Assembly: GCA_951406725.2 (NCBI GenBank)
Contig: OX597818.1
Location: 55,304,001 to 55,368,000 of the forward strand
Origin: Octopus vulgaris
Taxonomy: Eukaryota
Reading direction: 5' to 3'
DNA length: 64,000 nt
A program made the position numbers and the translations under genes. The notes under the pieces were generated by a model. The model searched no databases and was not told where the DNA came from. It worked only from the letters and a program-made list of their open reading frames with translations. The first letter of the stretch is position 1; each line of letters begins with the position of its first letter. Positions 1 to 13,711 of this stretch are shown in pieces.

Positions 1-879
1 CGAATTTTCGTTTCCCCTCTCTCACAATTCTTTGCCTTCTCTTCTTACTCACTTTCTCTCCACTTTTCACTTCACTGTGTACCTCTAGCTTTTTCTCGCC
101 CCTCCGTAATTCTACTGTCCCTCTGCTTCTACTTCTCTCTCTTCTCTTCCCACGTGACCTGTGTTTGGCCAAGCCTGCTCTTTCTTTCTTGGTCTGGTCG
201 TTGTCTGTGCACCATCGATATTCCTCCCTGTGTTTGTAAAATCTTCTCTGCCCTAAAGCTTCATTTCCACACATGCCAGCTTAATTTAATTTGTCCTTAG
301 TCAAAAGACACCTGTTGTATGTCCTGTTATTTTTATTGTATTTGTGTAACATCCGGTTTTTTTTCCGTCCTTGTTTTTATATACATTTGCTGCTTTCTAA
401 TGCTCTTAGCTTAGTTTTTCCTTGGGGCTGGCCAGATTGGAGCAATCTCAAGTATAATCAGCCAAAATTGCAAAGATAATCTGGTACTTGACTGAGGAAA
501 GAAAACTTCAATTGACCTGTTCTTGTTTTCTTTGTATCATCTATCTATCTGGATGTTCTGTTGTCCCATTTTTGTATCACCAAACTGTCCAGATGTTTTG
601 CGTTCTTGTCCCATTTTGTTCACACACACACAAACACACACACGCACACATTTCTTATATTTGTTTCAATCATTGTATTGTGCCCATGTTGGGGCACCAC
701 CTTGAATTTTTGTTCAATGGATCAAACCCAGGACTTATTTTCTCTTTTGAGTCTGGTACTTAATTCTATCAATCTCTTTTGCCAAACTGCTACATTACTG
801 GAATATAAACACAGACACAAACACACATACACAGATATATACATATATGTATTTATATGTATATATAGTAAATAAAAAA

Positions 880-1070
880 AAAAATGAAGAACAAACACAA
901 GAAGAAAAAAAACAACACAAGGACGTGGTACATGCAAAATATTAGCAGCCACTCAGGGAAGGAAAGAAAGTTAGTTTTACATTTTGAGTAAAAGCTCTTC
1001 GTCATAAACTAGATAGAGGAAAGTCCAAGAGAAAAAGAAGACGGAGGAGAAAAAATCATCAATGAGCCAC
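880..1070 (-). mobile_element. Degenerate Penelope-like terminal-repeat remnant with broken hammerhead core
   Basis: Reverse complement aligns by eye with 30545-30750. The core reads ATGACGA-A-GAG-CTTTTA-CTC-AAAATGTA instead of CTGACGA...GAAACGT. Confidence 0.55.
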
Positions 1071-1826
1071 ATATATATGTAGGTCCCGGGTTGAGTTGGG
1101 GTAAACCACAGTAAATAAGGTACTCAATACATAGCAGAGTAAAATAAAATAAAATATATATATATATGATGGACTTCTTTCAGTTTCCGTCTGTCAAATC
1201 CATTCAGAAGGCTTTGGTCAACCTGAGGCTATATTAGAAGACACTTGCCTAAGGTGCCACGCAGTGGGACTGAACCTGGCACCATGTGGTTGGGAAACAA
1301 ACTTCTTACCATGCAGTCAATCCATGCATATAATAAAATTAGATGAGATGGGTTCCAGCTGATAGTGGTTCAAACCATGCTTATCTCACTAGTGCCACCT
1401 GGTTAATATATATATGTATATATATGTTACACCTGAATACATTAATTAACTGTCATCTGTTTAGTGAAAGAGATGTTTAGAGAAGCATAGTCCGCAGTAC
1501 AGGTGGTTGATTTGTTAAGAATTCTTCGAAGTAATCTGCCAAAAGTTCAAGAAGATATATTATTTTGTGTCTGTGAGTTGTTAGGAAGATGTTGCTGGAT
1601 GCTGTTAAATAGATGATTTTGAGGCAAAACAGTTGCAGAGCAAACTTTATATTTCGTAAGATGTCAAAGTACAGTGAGGATCCAACGCAGAAAGATTTTT
1701 AACCCTTTAGTATTTAAGCTGATTGTGTCTGGACAAAATATTCTCTTAACTGCTTCATGTTGAGTCTGGCCAAGTCTGACCCCTTGCACCTACCTACAAT
1801 GTCAATCTAAAAAGGAACAACCATAT

Positions 1827-2078
1827 AGGCGTCAGCTTGGCTGTGTGGGTGTGTGGAGCCTTGTGAGCGGATTTGGTAGACGGAAACTGAAAGAAGCCCG
1901 TCATATATATATAGGCACAGGTGTGGCTAGGTGGTAAGAAGCTTGCTTCTCAACAACATGGATCTGGGTTCAATCCCACTGTGTGACACCTTGGGCTAGT
2001 GTCTTCTACTATATATAGCCTCAGGCTGACCAAAGCCTTGGGGGTGGATTTGGTAGATGGAAACTGAAAGAAGCTCAA

Positions 2079-2124
<46 letters not shown>

Positions 2125-2990
2125 CATAGGTGTGGCTGTGTGGTAAGAAGCTTGCTTCTCAACAACATGGTTCTGGGTTCGGTCCCACTGTGTGACACCT
2201 TGGGCTAGTGTTTTCTACTATATAGCTTCAGGTTGACCAAAGCCTTGTGAGCGAATTTGGTAGACGAAAACTGAAAGAAGCCCGTCATATATATATATAT
2301 ATATAGGCACAGGTGTGGCTGTGTGGTAAGAAGCTTGCTTCTCAACAACATGGATCTGGGTTCGGTCCCACTGTGTGACACCTTGGGCTAGTGTCTTCTA
2401 CTATATATAGCCTCAGGCTGATCAAAGCCTTGTGAGCAGATTTGGTAGACGGAAACTGAAAGAAGCCCATCATATATATATATAGGCAAAGGTGTGGCTA
2501 GGTGGTAAGAAGCTTGTTTCTCAACAGCATGGTTCTGGGTTCAGTCCCACTGTGACACCTACTGTATAGCCTCAGGCTGACCAAAGCCTTGTGAATGGAT
2601 TTGGTAAACGGAAACTGAAAGAAGCCCGTCATATATTTATAGGTGCAGATGTGAGTGTGTGGTAAGAAGCTTACGTCCCAACCACATAATCCTGGGTTCG
2701 GTCCCACTGTGTTGCACCTTGGGCAAGTGTCTTCTACTATATAGCCTCAGGCTGACCAAAGCCTTGTGAGCGGATTTGATAGACGGAAACTGAAAGAAGC
2801 CTGTCATGTGTTCGTGTGTCTGTGTCCCTCCACCAACACTTGCTGTGTTTACATCCCCTTAGTGTAGCAGTTCAGCAAAAGTGACCGATAGAGTAAGTAC
2901 CAGGCTTACAAAGAAGAAGTCCTGGTGTCGATTTGTTTGACTAAAGGTGGTGCTGCAGCATGGCCGCGGTCAACTGAAGCAAATAAAAGA
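1827..2990 (+). repeat. Head-to-tail array of about 180-bp 5' halves of SINE family A, ending in one copy with the 3' body
   Basis: Units restart at AGGCAC/TAGGTGTGGCT near 1913, 2122, 2305, 2484 and 2641, separated by (TA)n. They share private variants such as CTCAACAACATGG and CTTGGGCTAGTG. Confidence 0.85.
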
Positions 2991-3042
2991 ATATTATCAT
3001 TTCCTGATTAATACAAAACATTGACAGTTGTATATACGTATG

Positions 3043-3080
<38 letters not shown>

Positions 3081-3082
<2 letters not shown>

Positions 3083-3277
3083 GGTGGCACGTAAGAAGCA
3101 CCCACTACACTCGCGGAGTGGTTGGCGTTAGGAAGGGCATCCAGCTGTAGAAACACTGCCAGACCAGACTGGAGCCTGGGGCAGCCCCTGGCTCCCCAGA
3201 CCCCGGTCGAAACCGTCCAACCCTTGCTAGCGCGGAAAACGGACGTTAAACGATGATGATGATGATGATGATGATGA
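3081..3277 (+). mobile_element. RTE-related non-autonomous element/SINE 3' part with (GAT)n tail
   Basis: GGCGTTAGGAAGGGCATCCAGCTGTAGAAAC motif and GGACGTTAAAC(GAT)n end. Related copies at 58060-58316 (+) and about 6350-6600, 7670-7890, 14105-14430, 62520-62820, 63465-64000 (-). Confidence 0.7.
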
Positions 3278-3959
3278 TATACGTGTGTTTATATGTTTGT
3301 GTGTCTGTGTTTGTCACCCCAACATTGCTTGGCAACCGATGCTGGTGTGTTTACATCCCCGTAACTTAGCGGTTCGGCAAAAAGAGACCGATAGAATAAG
3401 TACTGGGCTTACAAAGAATAAGTCCCGGGGTCGATTTGCTCGACTAAAGGCGGTGCTCCAGCATGGCCGCAGTCAAATGACTGAAACAAGTAAAAGAGTA
3501 AAGAGTAATAGGAATTTTAAGAAACACACCAAAACCGTTAGATTCACTTCAACATTTAAATTTAATTTGTCATGTTTCTTAAATGGCTTATAAACACCTT
3601 CCACGCTGCAATTTTTTTCGTTCCAGCACACGATCTCAGATCAGGTCACTTGCTATGCAAGTACATCTCCGTAAAAAACAGGAATTTTGTTTTTGATGTT
3701 TTTCTTTATACTTTCTGAATGTCGTTTTAACTTACTCTTTTACTCTTTTTACTTGCTTCAGTCATTTGACTGCGGCCATGCTGGAGCACTGCCTTTGGTC
3801 GAGCAAATCGACCCCGGGACTTATTCTTTGTAAGCCCAGTACTTATTCTATCGGTCTCTTTTTGCCGAACCGCTAAGTTACGGGGATGTAAACACACCAG
3901 CATCGGTTGCCAAGCAATGTTGGGGTGACAAACACAGGCACACAAACATATAAACACAC

Positions 3960-3965
<6 letters not shown>
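3277..3965. repeat. Inverted pair of near-identical SINE-A 3' halves around a rearranged Penelope-like fragment
   Basis: 3277-3508 (+) and about 3730-3965 (-) differ at about 4 substitutions plus tail length. Spacer 3515-3670 matches 27512-27655 in two oppositely oriented pieces. Confidence 0.85.
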
Positions 3966-4018
<53 letters not shown>

Positions 4019-4552
4019 CGGTTGTCAAGCAATGCTAGGGGGACAAACACAGACATACATACATGTATATATATATATACGACAGGCTTCTTTCAGTTTC
4101 CCTCTACCAAATCCACTCACAAGGCATTGGTTGGCCCGGGGCTATAGCAGAAGACACTTGCCCAAGATGCCATGCAGTGGGACTAAACCCGGAACCATGT
4201 GGTTGGTTAGCAAGCTACTTACCACACAGCCACTCCTAATTATGTTTTTAAGTTGCTAAATATTATTCTTTCGACAATTAGTATTCATTTCATTATTTCT
4301 TATAAGCACCAAGAAATTTGATAAAGAGGTAAATTAGATTTATTTAGGTATTTATGCCATATTTCTTGTTGTTACCCATGGCAGCAGAAGTATACTTTCT
4401 TATGAAGAATTAGGAGAAATGCTCTCTGGTATTTCAACTAGAAATTTCTGAAGAAAATCTAGGATTTGAAACAAAAGTATTTCTGCAAATAGAATTGTGT
4501 GTGTGTGTGTGATATAAATAAACACAAGGAATAGATTATGTACTTACTACTG

Positions 4553-4588
<36 letters not shown>

Positions 4589-4714
4589 GTAGTCTTTCAC
4601 TGTTTTGCTTGGTGCCATTGTAACAATTATTTCCTATAGAGAAAACCAAGTTCAATTAGTACAGCTTGCTTAGAGTTCACTGCTGTTTAGTCACCACCTT
4701 GACACACACACATT

Positions 4715-4753
<39 letters not shown>

Positions 4754-4960
4754 CACTTTTAGTCATTAGTTCCATTACTATAAATGCTACCATGAGCCAG
4801 AAGCAGGCCTTATAGTCAGGAACCGCTAGAAATAGCAACCCAAACTCGCTTTTATCTCCGGGTAACAGTCTCACTGAATAAAACAGGACACATTATGTAA
4901 TGCTGTCTTCTATATACCCTTAAGTAAAGGATGATGGTCATGGTTAGATTGCTTTTGATA

Positions 4961-5382
4961 AGGTGGTGAGCTGGCAGAAACGTTAGCACGCTGGGTGAAA
5001 TGCTTAGCAATATTTCGTCTACCGCTACGTTCTGAGTTCAAATTCCGCTGAGGTCTACTTTGCCTTTCATCCTTTCGGGGTCAATTAAATAAGTACCAGT
5101 TACGTACGCACTGGGGTCGATATAATCGACTTAATCCATTTGTCTGTCCTTGTTTGTCCTCTCTGTGTTTAGCCCCTTGTGGGTAGTAAAGAAATAGGTA
5201 TTTCATCTGTCTTTACGTTCTGAGTTCAAATTCCACCGAGGTCGACTTTGCCTTTCATCCTTTCGGGGTCAATTAAATGAATACCAGTTACACACTGGGG
5301 TCGATATAATCGATTTAATCCGTCTGTCTGTCCTTGTTTGTTCTCTCTGTGTGTAGCCCCTTGTGGGCAGTAAAGAAACAAG
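4961..5382 (+). mobile_element. tRNA-derived SINE family B with internal tandem duplication
   Basis: Head GGTGAGCTGGCAGAAACGTTAGCA, B-box-like GAGTTCAAATTCC, central GCCTTTCATCCTTTCGGGGTC(G)A...AGTACCAG (resembles the MetaSINE-type domain), tail CCCCTTGTGGG..GTAAAGAAA. Confidence 0.8.
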
Positions 5383-5532
5383 ATTGCTTTTCATCATAGG
5401 GCTGTATTTCTGTCCCTGTTCATTTCCCGCCCTTGAAATATATTCCAAGAAATAAATAAAATAGTATTAATTTAGAATCTCAGATCAACATTGATTCTTC
5501 ATTGTTTTGGACTCGGAACAGGAAGATATTTT

Positions 5533-5815
5533 CTGGTCAACATTGTCTAGATCCGAGGTTCTCGACTATTTTTTTTACCTATGGACCCTTTGGTTACTAC
5601 TATTTTACCCAGATAAACCCTCACAGCCATTCAGGATTTAAAAAACCCTGAGACATTTTCATAATTTAATATAAAAAAAATTAATTATTTTGCATAGTGT
5701 GGAAGTACAATCACTTTATTAAGCATAAATTTTTAACAACAACCTCTTAGGACCCTCAAGGGCCCATAGAGAACCACCATATTTACAGACCCTCAAGGGC
5801 CATTTGAGAACCACT
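5533..5815. mobile_element. hAT/Charlie-like MITE remnant
   Basis: Left end (C)CGAGGTTCTCGA...ATGGACCC and right end TTGAGAACCACTG approximate inverted termini of the CAGTGGTTCTCAA type. Confidence 0.45.
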
Positions 5816-7617
5816 GTTTACAGACATCAACTTCTTAGTGTGGGTGGCTCTTATAAGCTCTCTGGTAGATTCAGTTATGTCACTTAGGGTGCTTAGGGTC
5901 TCTTTTCTATTCTTTGTGTAAGTGATTGCCCTGACCCTCAGTGTCCTAACCATTGGTGAGAGGGGAAGAAGTACTTAACCTTTACTAGTATCAAGTACAA
6001 GTTGTGTAAGTACATAAAAAACAAACTTGTTTGGGTAAATCAGGGCCTCGGGGGGAAAAAAAAACATGAATCTTTAATTTTACAAATTCATAGGGATGGA
6101 GCACATGTTTGGTTTTAAGGCTTCAATTACGTTTTTCATAAGGCTTACACAGCTTTACATTGACCAGTATTGGGCCCCGAGAAGTGTGAACCACCCTAGC
6201 AAGTCACTGCACTGATCCCTATAGTATTTATTTATTGATAGCAAGTCATAGTATATGTAGATTAGAATTGGGTCTCTGGACCTGTAAGGCCCCTTGGCAA
6301 CTCCATGTAGTGGACCCTATAGTATATATTTATTGATAGCAAGCCATAGCATTCATCATCATTTAACGTCTGTTTTTCCACGCTGGCATGAGTTGGACTG
6401 GTTGACAGGAGGGAGCAGGCATGGACAGGTTGACAGGAGCTGGCATGGACAGGTTGAAAGGAGTTGGCAAGGACAGGATGACAAAGAGCTGGCTAGGCTA
6501 GGACCACACGAAGTTCCATTCTCCCTTTTGGCCTGGTGTCTACAACAGGATGCCCTTCCTTAATACCAACCACTTTACACAGTGTACTAGGCACTTTCTA
6601 CATAACACAACCACCCACCCACCAACATAGATTAGAACTAGACCCACAAACCCTTAAGGACCCTGGGCAACTGCCCTCTGTGCCCATACCTTAACACAGC
6701 ACTGGTTCCAGTTACCCCATACCTCAACTCATTATCATCATCGTTATCATAGTTTTAACATCTACTTTCCATGCTTGCATGGGTCGGACAGTTTTATTGA
6801 AGCAGATTTTTCTACAGCTGCCACAGGTTTAGTAATTAGACGTGTTGTAATAATAGCTAGTTAATTATCACGGCTAGTTTTATTATAGCCGTTAATTATT
6901 GTAGTTGAGCAAGGTGAGTGAGATCAACAAGATATTGGTTTCCATTAGCAGATGTTTCCTCCGCAACATCAATACTGATAAAACTATAATAATCACAACA
7001 ACAACAACAACAAAAGGTGAATGCAACACTGTTTATCTCCGAAGCATTAATAATAAATCACATTAAAAACATCAACAAAAGCCATTCCGGCTAATGAGAG
7101 AGGCCTCTATATAGTGGCTCACCCTGCTAGAAATAACAGCCAAATCTCCTCAGAAATTCCCACTTTGTGTGTGCATGTGCATATCATTGGTCTTATGATG
7201 TCCCCTTATCACTGTTTTCATGAGGTCGATGGAGTTTATTGAGACGGATTTTCTATGGCCGGATGCCCTTCCTGTCACCCCACATCTGTTTCACGGGAAA
7301 GCACGTTTTCACAGAATATTTATCAAATGAACAACACTGCTTGTAAGACAGTGACATTCATTTACAACTATCACATGACATCATAACATCGAGACACAAA
7401 CACACACACACACACACACTACATATAATTCATAAACAACAGGCTTCTTTCAGTTTCTGTCTTACAAATCCTTTCGCAAGTAAGGGCTGTAGCAAAAGAC
7501 CCTTGCCCACAGAACGGGACTGAACCCAAAACCATGTGATTGGAAAGCTAGCTTCTTAACCACATAGCCACACCTACTCTTATTATCTATATCTATGTGT
7601 GTGTGTGTTTATATACA

Positions 7618-7667
<50 letters not shown>

Positions 7668-8063
7668 CACATCATCATAATTGATTAACCTCTGCTTTCC
7701 ATGCTGGCATGGGTTGGATGGTTCAGCTGGGGTCTGGGAAGCCAGGAGGCCCTTCCTAACACCAACCACTCTGAGAGTGTAGTGGGTGCTTTTTATGTGC
7801 CACTGGCACAGGAGCCAGTCAAGGCAGCGCTGGCATTGGCCACATTTGGATGGTGCCTTTTAGGTGCCACCGGCACAGGAGCCAGGAGCATATATATATA
7901 TATATATAGATTAGAATATATCTATACATAGATATATAATATATATGTGTGTGTATGTATATATATATATATATATGCATATATATATACAAACATATAT
8001 ATGCATGCGTATATATATATATATATATATATATACGCATGCATATATATGCATATATACGCA

Positions 8064-8102
<39 letters not shown>

Positions 8103-9679
8103 GCGTGTGTGTGTATACAGTAAAATGTAACAAAATAATGTTTATACAATATTGTCTATCTTTCTTCTCATATCAATGTTATAGGTCTCTGAACACCTCC
8201 TGGCATTTAGCACAAAATGGCATAACTTTAGCAATCAGAGAGACTATATTTATTAACTTTTCTCTGTTTCCATGTTCTATTTCAATGTTTCAAAAGAATA
8301 AAATACCAAAAAAAAAAAAAAAAAAAAAAACAGAAAAAAAATTCTTCGTTCTGTGCCAAATCTTCTGCCAAATATTTTGGTTTGTTTAGCAAAAAATATA
8401 AATAAATAAAAAAATCAGGTAAAAAAAAAAAATCCTTTGCTTCCATTTCATTTATAAGCTAAAATATATAGAAATAGATGGATTGTTAAGCTAGGCAGTA
8501 GTGAAATAGATACACATTATACTTAACAAATATATAGATTTTCTTAACAAAAACTATATACGTTTACTTATGTATGGCTTTGTACAATACATACATACAA
8601 GTTTCTGTGTGAGAAATTTATTTAAAAACACACAAAAAAGCATTCTTTTTTGTTGATGCTACAGAAAAAAGGTTGTTGGAAGTTGTTTGTGTTTATTTGT
8701 GCTTGCATGAGCAAACATGTTCGCATGTACACTCGCATTATTATGTTTTTTATATCTTTTACTTGTTTTAATCATTGGACTGCAGCCATGCTTAGGGGGG
8801 GGGGACTGCCTTGAAGGGTTTAAGGTGAACAAAATCAACCCCCAGTATACTTCTTTTTTTAAAATTCTTTTATTCGTTTCAGTCATTTTGACTGTGGCCA
8901 TGCTGGAACACCGCCTTTTAATCAAATAAATCGATCCCAGGACTTATTCTTTGTAGGTTTAGTATTTATTCTATTGGTCTTTTTTGCTGAACCAATTCTT
9001 TGTAGGCTTAGTACTTATTCTATCGGTCTATTTTGCTGAACCGCTAAGTTACAGGGACATAAACATACCACAATCGGTTGTCAAGCAATGTTGGGGGACA
9101 AACACAGACACACAAACATATACACACATATATACCACAGGATTCTTTAAGTGGCTGTGTGGTAAGTAGTTTGCTTACCAGCCACGGACAAGTGTCTTCT
9201 GCTATAACCTTGGGCCCACCAAAGCCTTGTGAGTGGATTTGGTAGATGGAAACTGAAAGAAGCCCATCACAGATGTATGTTTGTGTGTCTGTGCTTGTCC
9301 CCCCCCCCCCCCTCCGCCATTGCTTGACAACTGATAGAATAAGTATTAGGCTTACAAAGAATAAGTCCTGGGGTCAATTTGTTCAACTAACAGGCAGTGC
9401 TCCAGCATGGCCACAGTCAAATGACTGAAAGAAGTAAAAAAAATAACCAATTAACTTATGGTAGGAGTAAAAAACATTTAAGCTGATTTTTTTTTTGGGG
9501 GGTGGGGGTCAAACCCAGCTGGCCATCAAAGCTGAATGAAATGGAGGCCCTACTCAAGAAGACACACAATAATACCATCTCAGCTATGGTCAAAGATCAA
9601 AGTGACCACCACCAACCATGTCAATTTTTAACTCCACCAAAACAATGAATGCTCACTCTTCATTTTTTATTCTCCACAG

Positions 9680-9694
9680 GGTTCTTACTTACAA
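9680..9694 (+). CDS. Weak candidate 15-nt micro-exon (GSYLQ in phase 0)
   Basis: Branch-like GCTCAC, polypyrimidine tract TTTTTTATTCTCCACAG, donor GTGGGT. No protein recognised. Confidence 0.15.
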
Positions 9695-9789
9695 GTGGGT
9701 GGTGGTAGTGGGTAGTTTGTAAGGTGTGGGTGAGTTTTCTAAGGGTTTTACAGATTAACTGACCCCTTTGCAAATGAGCTAACCTTGGC

Positions 9790-9822
<33 letters not shown>

Positions 9823-10286
9823 CCTTTCTAATATAGGCACAAGGCCTGAAATTTTAGGGGGTGGGGGCTAGTCGATTACATCGACCCCAGTGCTGTATTC
9901 TTACAGCACAGCCACTCCTGCGCTTATGGTTATAGATTAAAAAAAAAGGATTAATTCTTTTGTGTGAAATTAATTAATTATAAAAAATTTTTAAATGTAT
10001 AAAAAAGACAAAAAGATAAAAGTGCAGGAGTGGCTGTGTGGTAAGAAGCTTGCTTCCCAACCACATGGTTCCAGGTTCAGTCCCACTATGTGGTACCTTG
10101 TGGCATGTGTCTTCTACTATAGCCTCGGGCCGGGCCGCCGACCAAATTAACCAATACTTAAAGTCATCAACCCCGAAAGGATGAAAGACAAAGTCGACCC
10201 CAGCAGCATTTGAACTCTGAATGTGAAGACACATGAAATACTACTAAGCATTTCACCTGTAATGTTGACAAATCTGCCAGCTCCCC

Positions 10287-10321
<35 letters not shown>

Positions 10322-10326
10322 TAACG

Positions 10327-10375
<49 letters not shown>

Positions 10376-10775
10376 TGATGATTTCAAATTTTGCACAAAA
10401 GCAGCTTCAGGGAGGGTGTAAGGTGATTAGAACGATCCCCCAGTGTGTAACTGGTACTTATTTAATCAACCCCAAAAGGATGGAAGGCAAAGTCAACCTC
10501 AGTGGTATTTGAACTCAGAACATAGCGACAGGCGAAATACCGCTAAGTATTTAATCCTGCGTGCTAGTAATTCTGCCAGTTTGCCATCTTAATAATAATA
10601 AAATAATAATAATAATGATAATTTCAAATTTTTCCACAAGGCCAGCGATTTTGGGAAAGGCAAAGTTAACCTCAGCGGGATTTGAACTCATAACGTAGTG
10701 ACAGGCAAAATACCGCTAAGCATTTCATCCACTGCCTTAACAATTCTGCCAGCTCACTGCCTTATAACAGTTGTG

Positions 10776-10847
10776 TTCCCATGCCAGGGATCGAACCCAG
10801 GCCACCTGGATGAAAGTCAGAAATCCTAACCCCTAAAACACATGGGG
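10776..10847 (-). pseudogene. Degenerate tRNA-Glu(TTC) copy
   Basis: Minus strand TCCCCATGTGTTTTAGGGGTTAGGATTTCTGACTTTCATCCAGGTGGCCTGGGTTCGATCCCTGGCATGGGAA resembles metazoan tRNA-Glu-TTC, with D-arm and anticodon-stem mismatches. Confidence 0.7.
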
Positions 10848-10991
10848 ATAATAATAATAATAATAATATTTGTGCCTGTGTACCCTGCCTTCCCTTATTT
10901 CCCCTTATACTAACATACCTGCAATCTATACATCATGCTTTGTCACCTTGTGGATGTTGTTGTTGTTATTGTTGTCATGCTGGCCATAACA

Positions 10992-11005
10992 GTTTCCATA
11001 GCAAC
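10992..11005. promoter_or_regulatory. RFX X-box
   Basis: GTTTCCATAGCAAC matches the GTHNYY-AT-RRNAAC consensus. It is followed by a half-site GTTGCTA and ATG|GTGAGT at 11017-11025. Confidence 0.4.
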
Positions 11006-11203
11006 TGTTGCTAGAGATGGTGAGTATAGGCTGACATTTTGTGAAGCAGAGCATGTGTAATTACAAGTAAAACAAAACAAAAAAACCCCCAGAGAAATGG
11101 GTATTTTATGGTTGGGTGTCCTTTCTAATAGCCCTTCTCAGTCTTTCTATGTACACACATACACACACACAATAATTATGTCTCTCCTCTTTCTTTCTTT
11201 CTC

Positions 11204-11259
<56 letters not shown>

Positions 11260-11444
11260 ATATTATATACACATAGACACACATATGCACAGATACATAC
11301 ACACAGTAAGGAAGAGAGAGAAAAAAGAGTACAGCTGTACTCTTTGTGATATATATATATATATATATATTACAAAGAGTACAGCTTGTGTGTATATGTG
11401 TCCGTATGTATATAATGTGTCTGTGTGTATATAATGTGTAGTAT

Positions 11445-11826
11445 TCTTTACTCTTTTACTTGTTTCAGTTATTTGACTGTGGTCATGCTGGAGCACCGCC
11501 CTTAGTCGAGCAAATCGACCCCAAGTCTTATTTTTTGTAAGCCTAGTACTTATTCCATCGGTCTCTTTTGCCGAACCAATAAGTAACGGGGACGTAAACG
11601 CACCAGCATTGGTTGTCAAGTAATGTTGGGGAGACACACAAACATACACACACACACATATATATACGATGGGCTTCTTTCAGTTTTTGTCTACCAAATC
11701 CACTCACAAGGCTTTGGTTGGCCCAAGGCTATAGTAGAAGACACTTGCCCAAGGTGCCACGCAAAGGGACTGAACCCGGAACCATGTGGTTGGTAAGCAA
11801 GCTACTTACCACACAGCCACGCCTGC
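11445..11826 (-). mobile_element. Full-length tRNA-derived SINE family A (CORE-like, octopus OR-type)
   Basis: Head GTGGCTGTGTGGTAAG...GGTTCAGTCCC, CORE-like CCTTGGGCAAGTG, internal microsatellite, tail GACTGAAACAAGTAAAAGAG. Confidence 0.85.
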
Positions 11827-11888
11827 TCCTGTTGTTCTTCTATATATTCATTTTATGTTGTTCTTTTATTATGGGGATTATATGGACA

Positions 11889-11924
<36 letters not shown>

Positions 11925-13711
11925 TTTATATGGATACACATGTATGTGGTAATTTTTTTTTGTTTTGTTTTTTACTAGTTTCAGCCATTAAGATTGCACC
12001 CATGCTGGAGCACTACTTTAGAGAATTTTTTTAATGCCTGGTACTTATTCTGTTGGGTTCTTTTGCTGAACTGCTAAGCTAAGGAGACGTTAACACACCA
12101 GCACCAGATACCAAGCAGCGGTGGGACACACACACACACATATATGTGACTGGTATCTTTCATTTCCCTCAAGGCTTTGCGGTATGTCCAAGGCTATAGT
12201 AGACAACACTTGCCCAAGGTGCCATGCTTTAAGATTTCGATGACCATTGTAGGGTAGGTGTGAGAGGCCTGATCTGGTTGATTTGAGCATAAAACAGACA
12301 GACCATTTGGGCCAATAATTGCCACTTTAAATGTTAAAAGGCTAAAATGACCAGAGGTTGCGGATTGTTCATGAAGAGAAGCAAGATTGACCCAACAGGT
12401 CCAGCTTAAAACTGACCAACAGTACCATTGCTTTTGTATGCAATTGCTGCAGCTGGGACTGTCACTTCCATTGGAGTTTATTCAATCACAGCAGATGTCA
12501 CTGCTTTATGTATAAGATGAAAGCAAGAGCATCCAGGTGTTGGTCTATGGTCTTAGAATACTCAGGATTGTCTCTTCCTGTCTCTCTTTGTCATATGTCT
12601 GTGTTGTGGGTTCAAATCCACTCTGACTCAGTTTAACTGTCTGTTTGATCTTTAATCTCTTCAAGAGGGACAGAGAAAGCATTAAGGGCCCTGGTCCTTC
12701 ATCAGCTCCTTATCAGTGGAACAGATTAGCATACAACACACCCACACACACACCCACACATATACACACACCTATATATACACATGGGTTACACACATAA
12801 ACACCACTTCAGATTTAATACCAATTAAAATAAAACACACACCCTATCTCATTATTTACCCCCCTTCTCTTCCACCCATATCTCTTTACTGATTTCTATA
12901 TTTAATTAACCTTCATGAAATTCACCCCCATCCTACTCCCCCTCCCCCTCTCTCAATACTTCCCATTTGTGGGTGGTTGACCAATCCACTCCTCCCCCTC
13001 CTCACCCTTTTGTATCTGACCATTTCCTCCCACCTCCATTATATCACTTAGCTTTGGCTCCTGGATTCCTAGGCAAATAAAAATGGATGTACATTGTCTT
13101 TGATGGTTGGGTCAAGGTCTCTGCTGCTAGTAGTAGTAGTAGTAGTAGTAGTTGTAGTGGTGGTGATGGTGTTGGTGGTGGTGTGGTGATGGTGATAGTG
13201 TGTATACAAAAGTGGAGGTTGTGGTGGGTGTGTGTATGGAAGGAGAAGGAAGAGGTGAAACTCTGCTGGTGGTGGTGGTATAAGTGTGTCTTGAGCTGGC
13301 TTTTTATCAGACCTTCCAGTTCTGACCATCCCATTTTTATTGATATCTATGAATGCATTTGTTTCAATGTCTTCTCACCCAACCTTTTTCTTTTTTCTTT
13401 TCCTTTGATGTTCAAGGAGGTAACTTAAAGGTGATTTGATTGCTATTTCTAGCAAATAGAATGAACATATACAGGTTCATTGCCTAGGGTTCCAATGATA
13501 GATGCCATGGTGTATATGGTGGTGGTGGTGGTGGTCAGAGAAGATGGCAGTCACTGTGTGGGTGGGTGTGTGTCTGTGTGTAGATAGATAATACAGCTGT
13601 GTCTGGGGTAGGAGGGAAGGAGAAGGCAGAGGAGCTGAAGATAGCCTGAAACAACAGCTAATTATTTGTGTGTGGTGTGGTGTGGAACAGGTCAGTGTGT
13701 TAGGGTGGTGG

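Noticed and set aside
1-620. Possible Penelope-like 3' region with CTGAGGA near 492
   Set aside because: No intact GAAA/stem architecture could be assembled, and it is too degenerate to call.
11613-11978. Recurrent ORF motif GYSRRHLPKVP.SGTEPGTMWLVSKLLTTQP as a protein family
   Set aside because: It is the antisense translation of the SINE-A head, seen wherever the SINE occurs.
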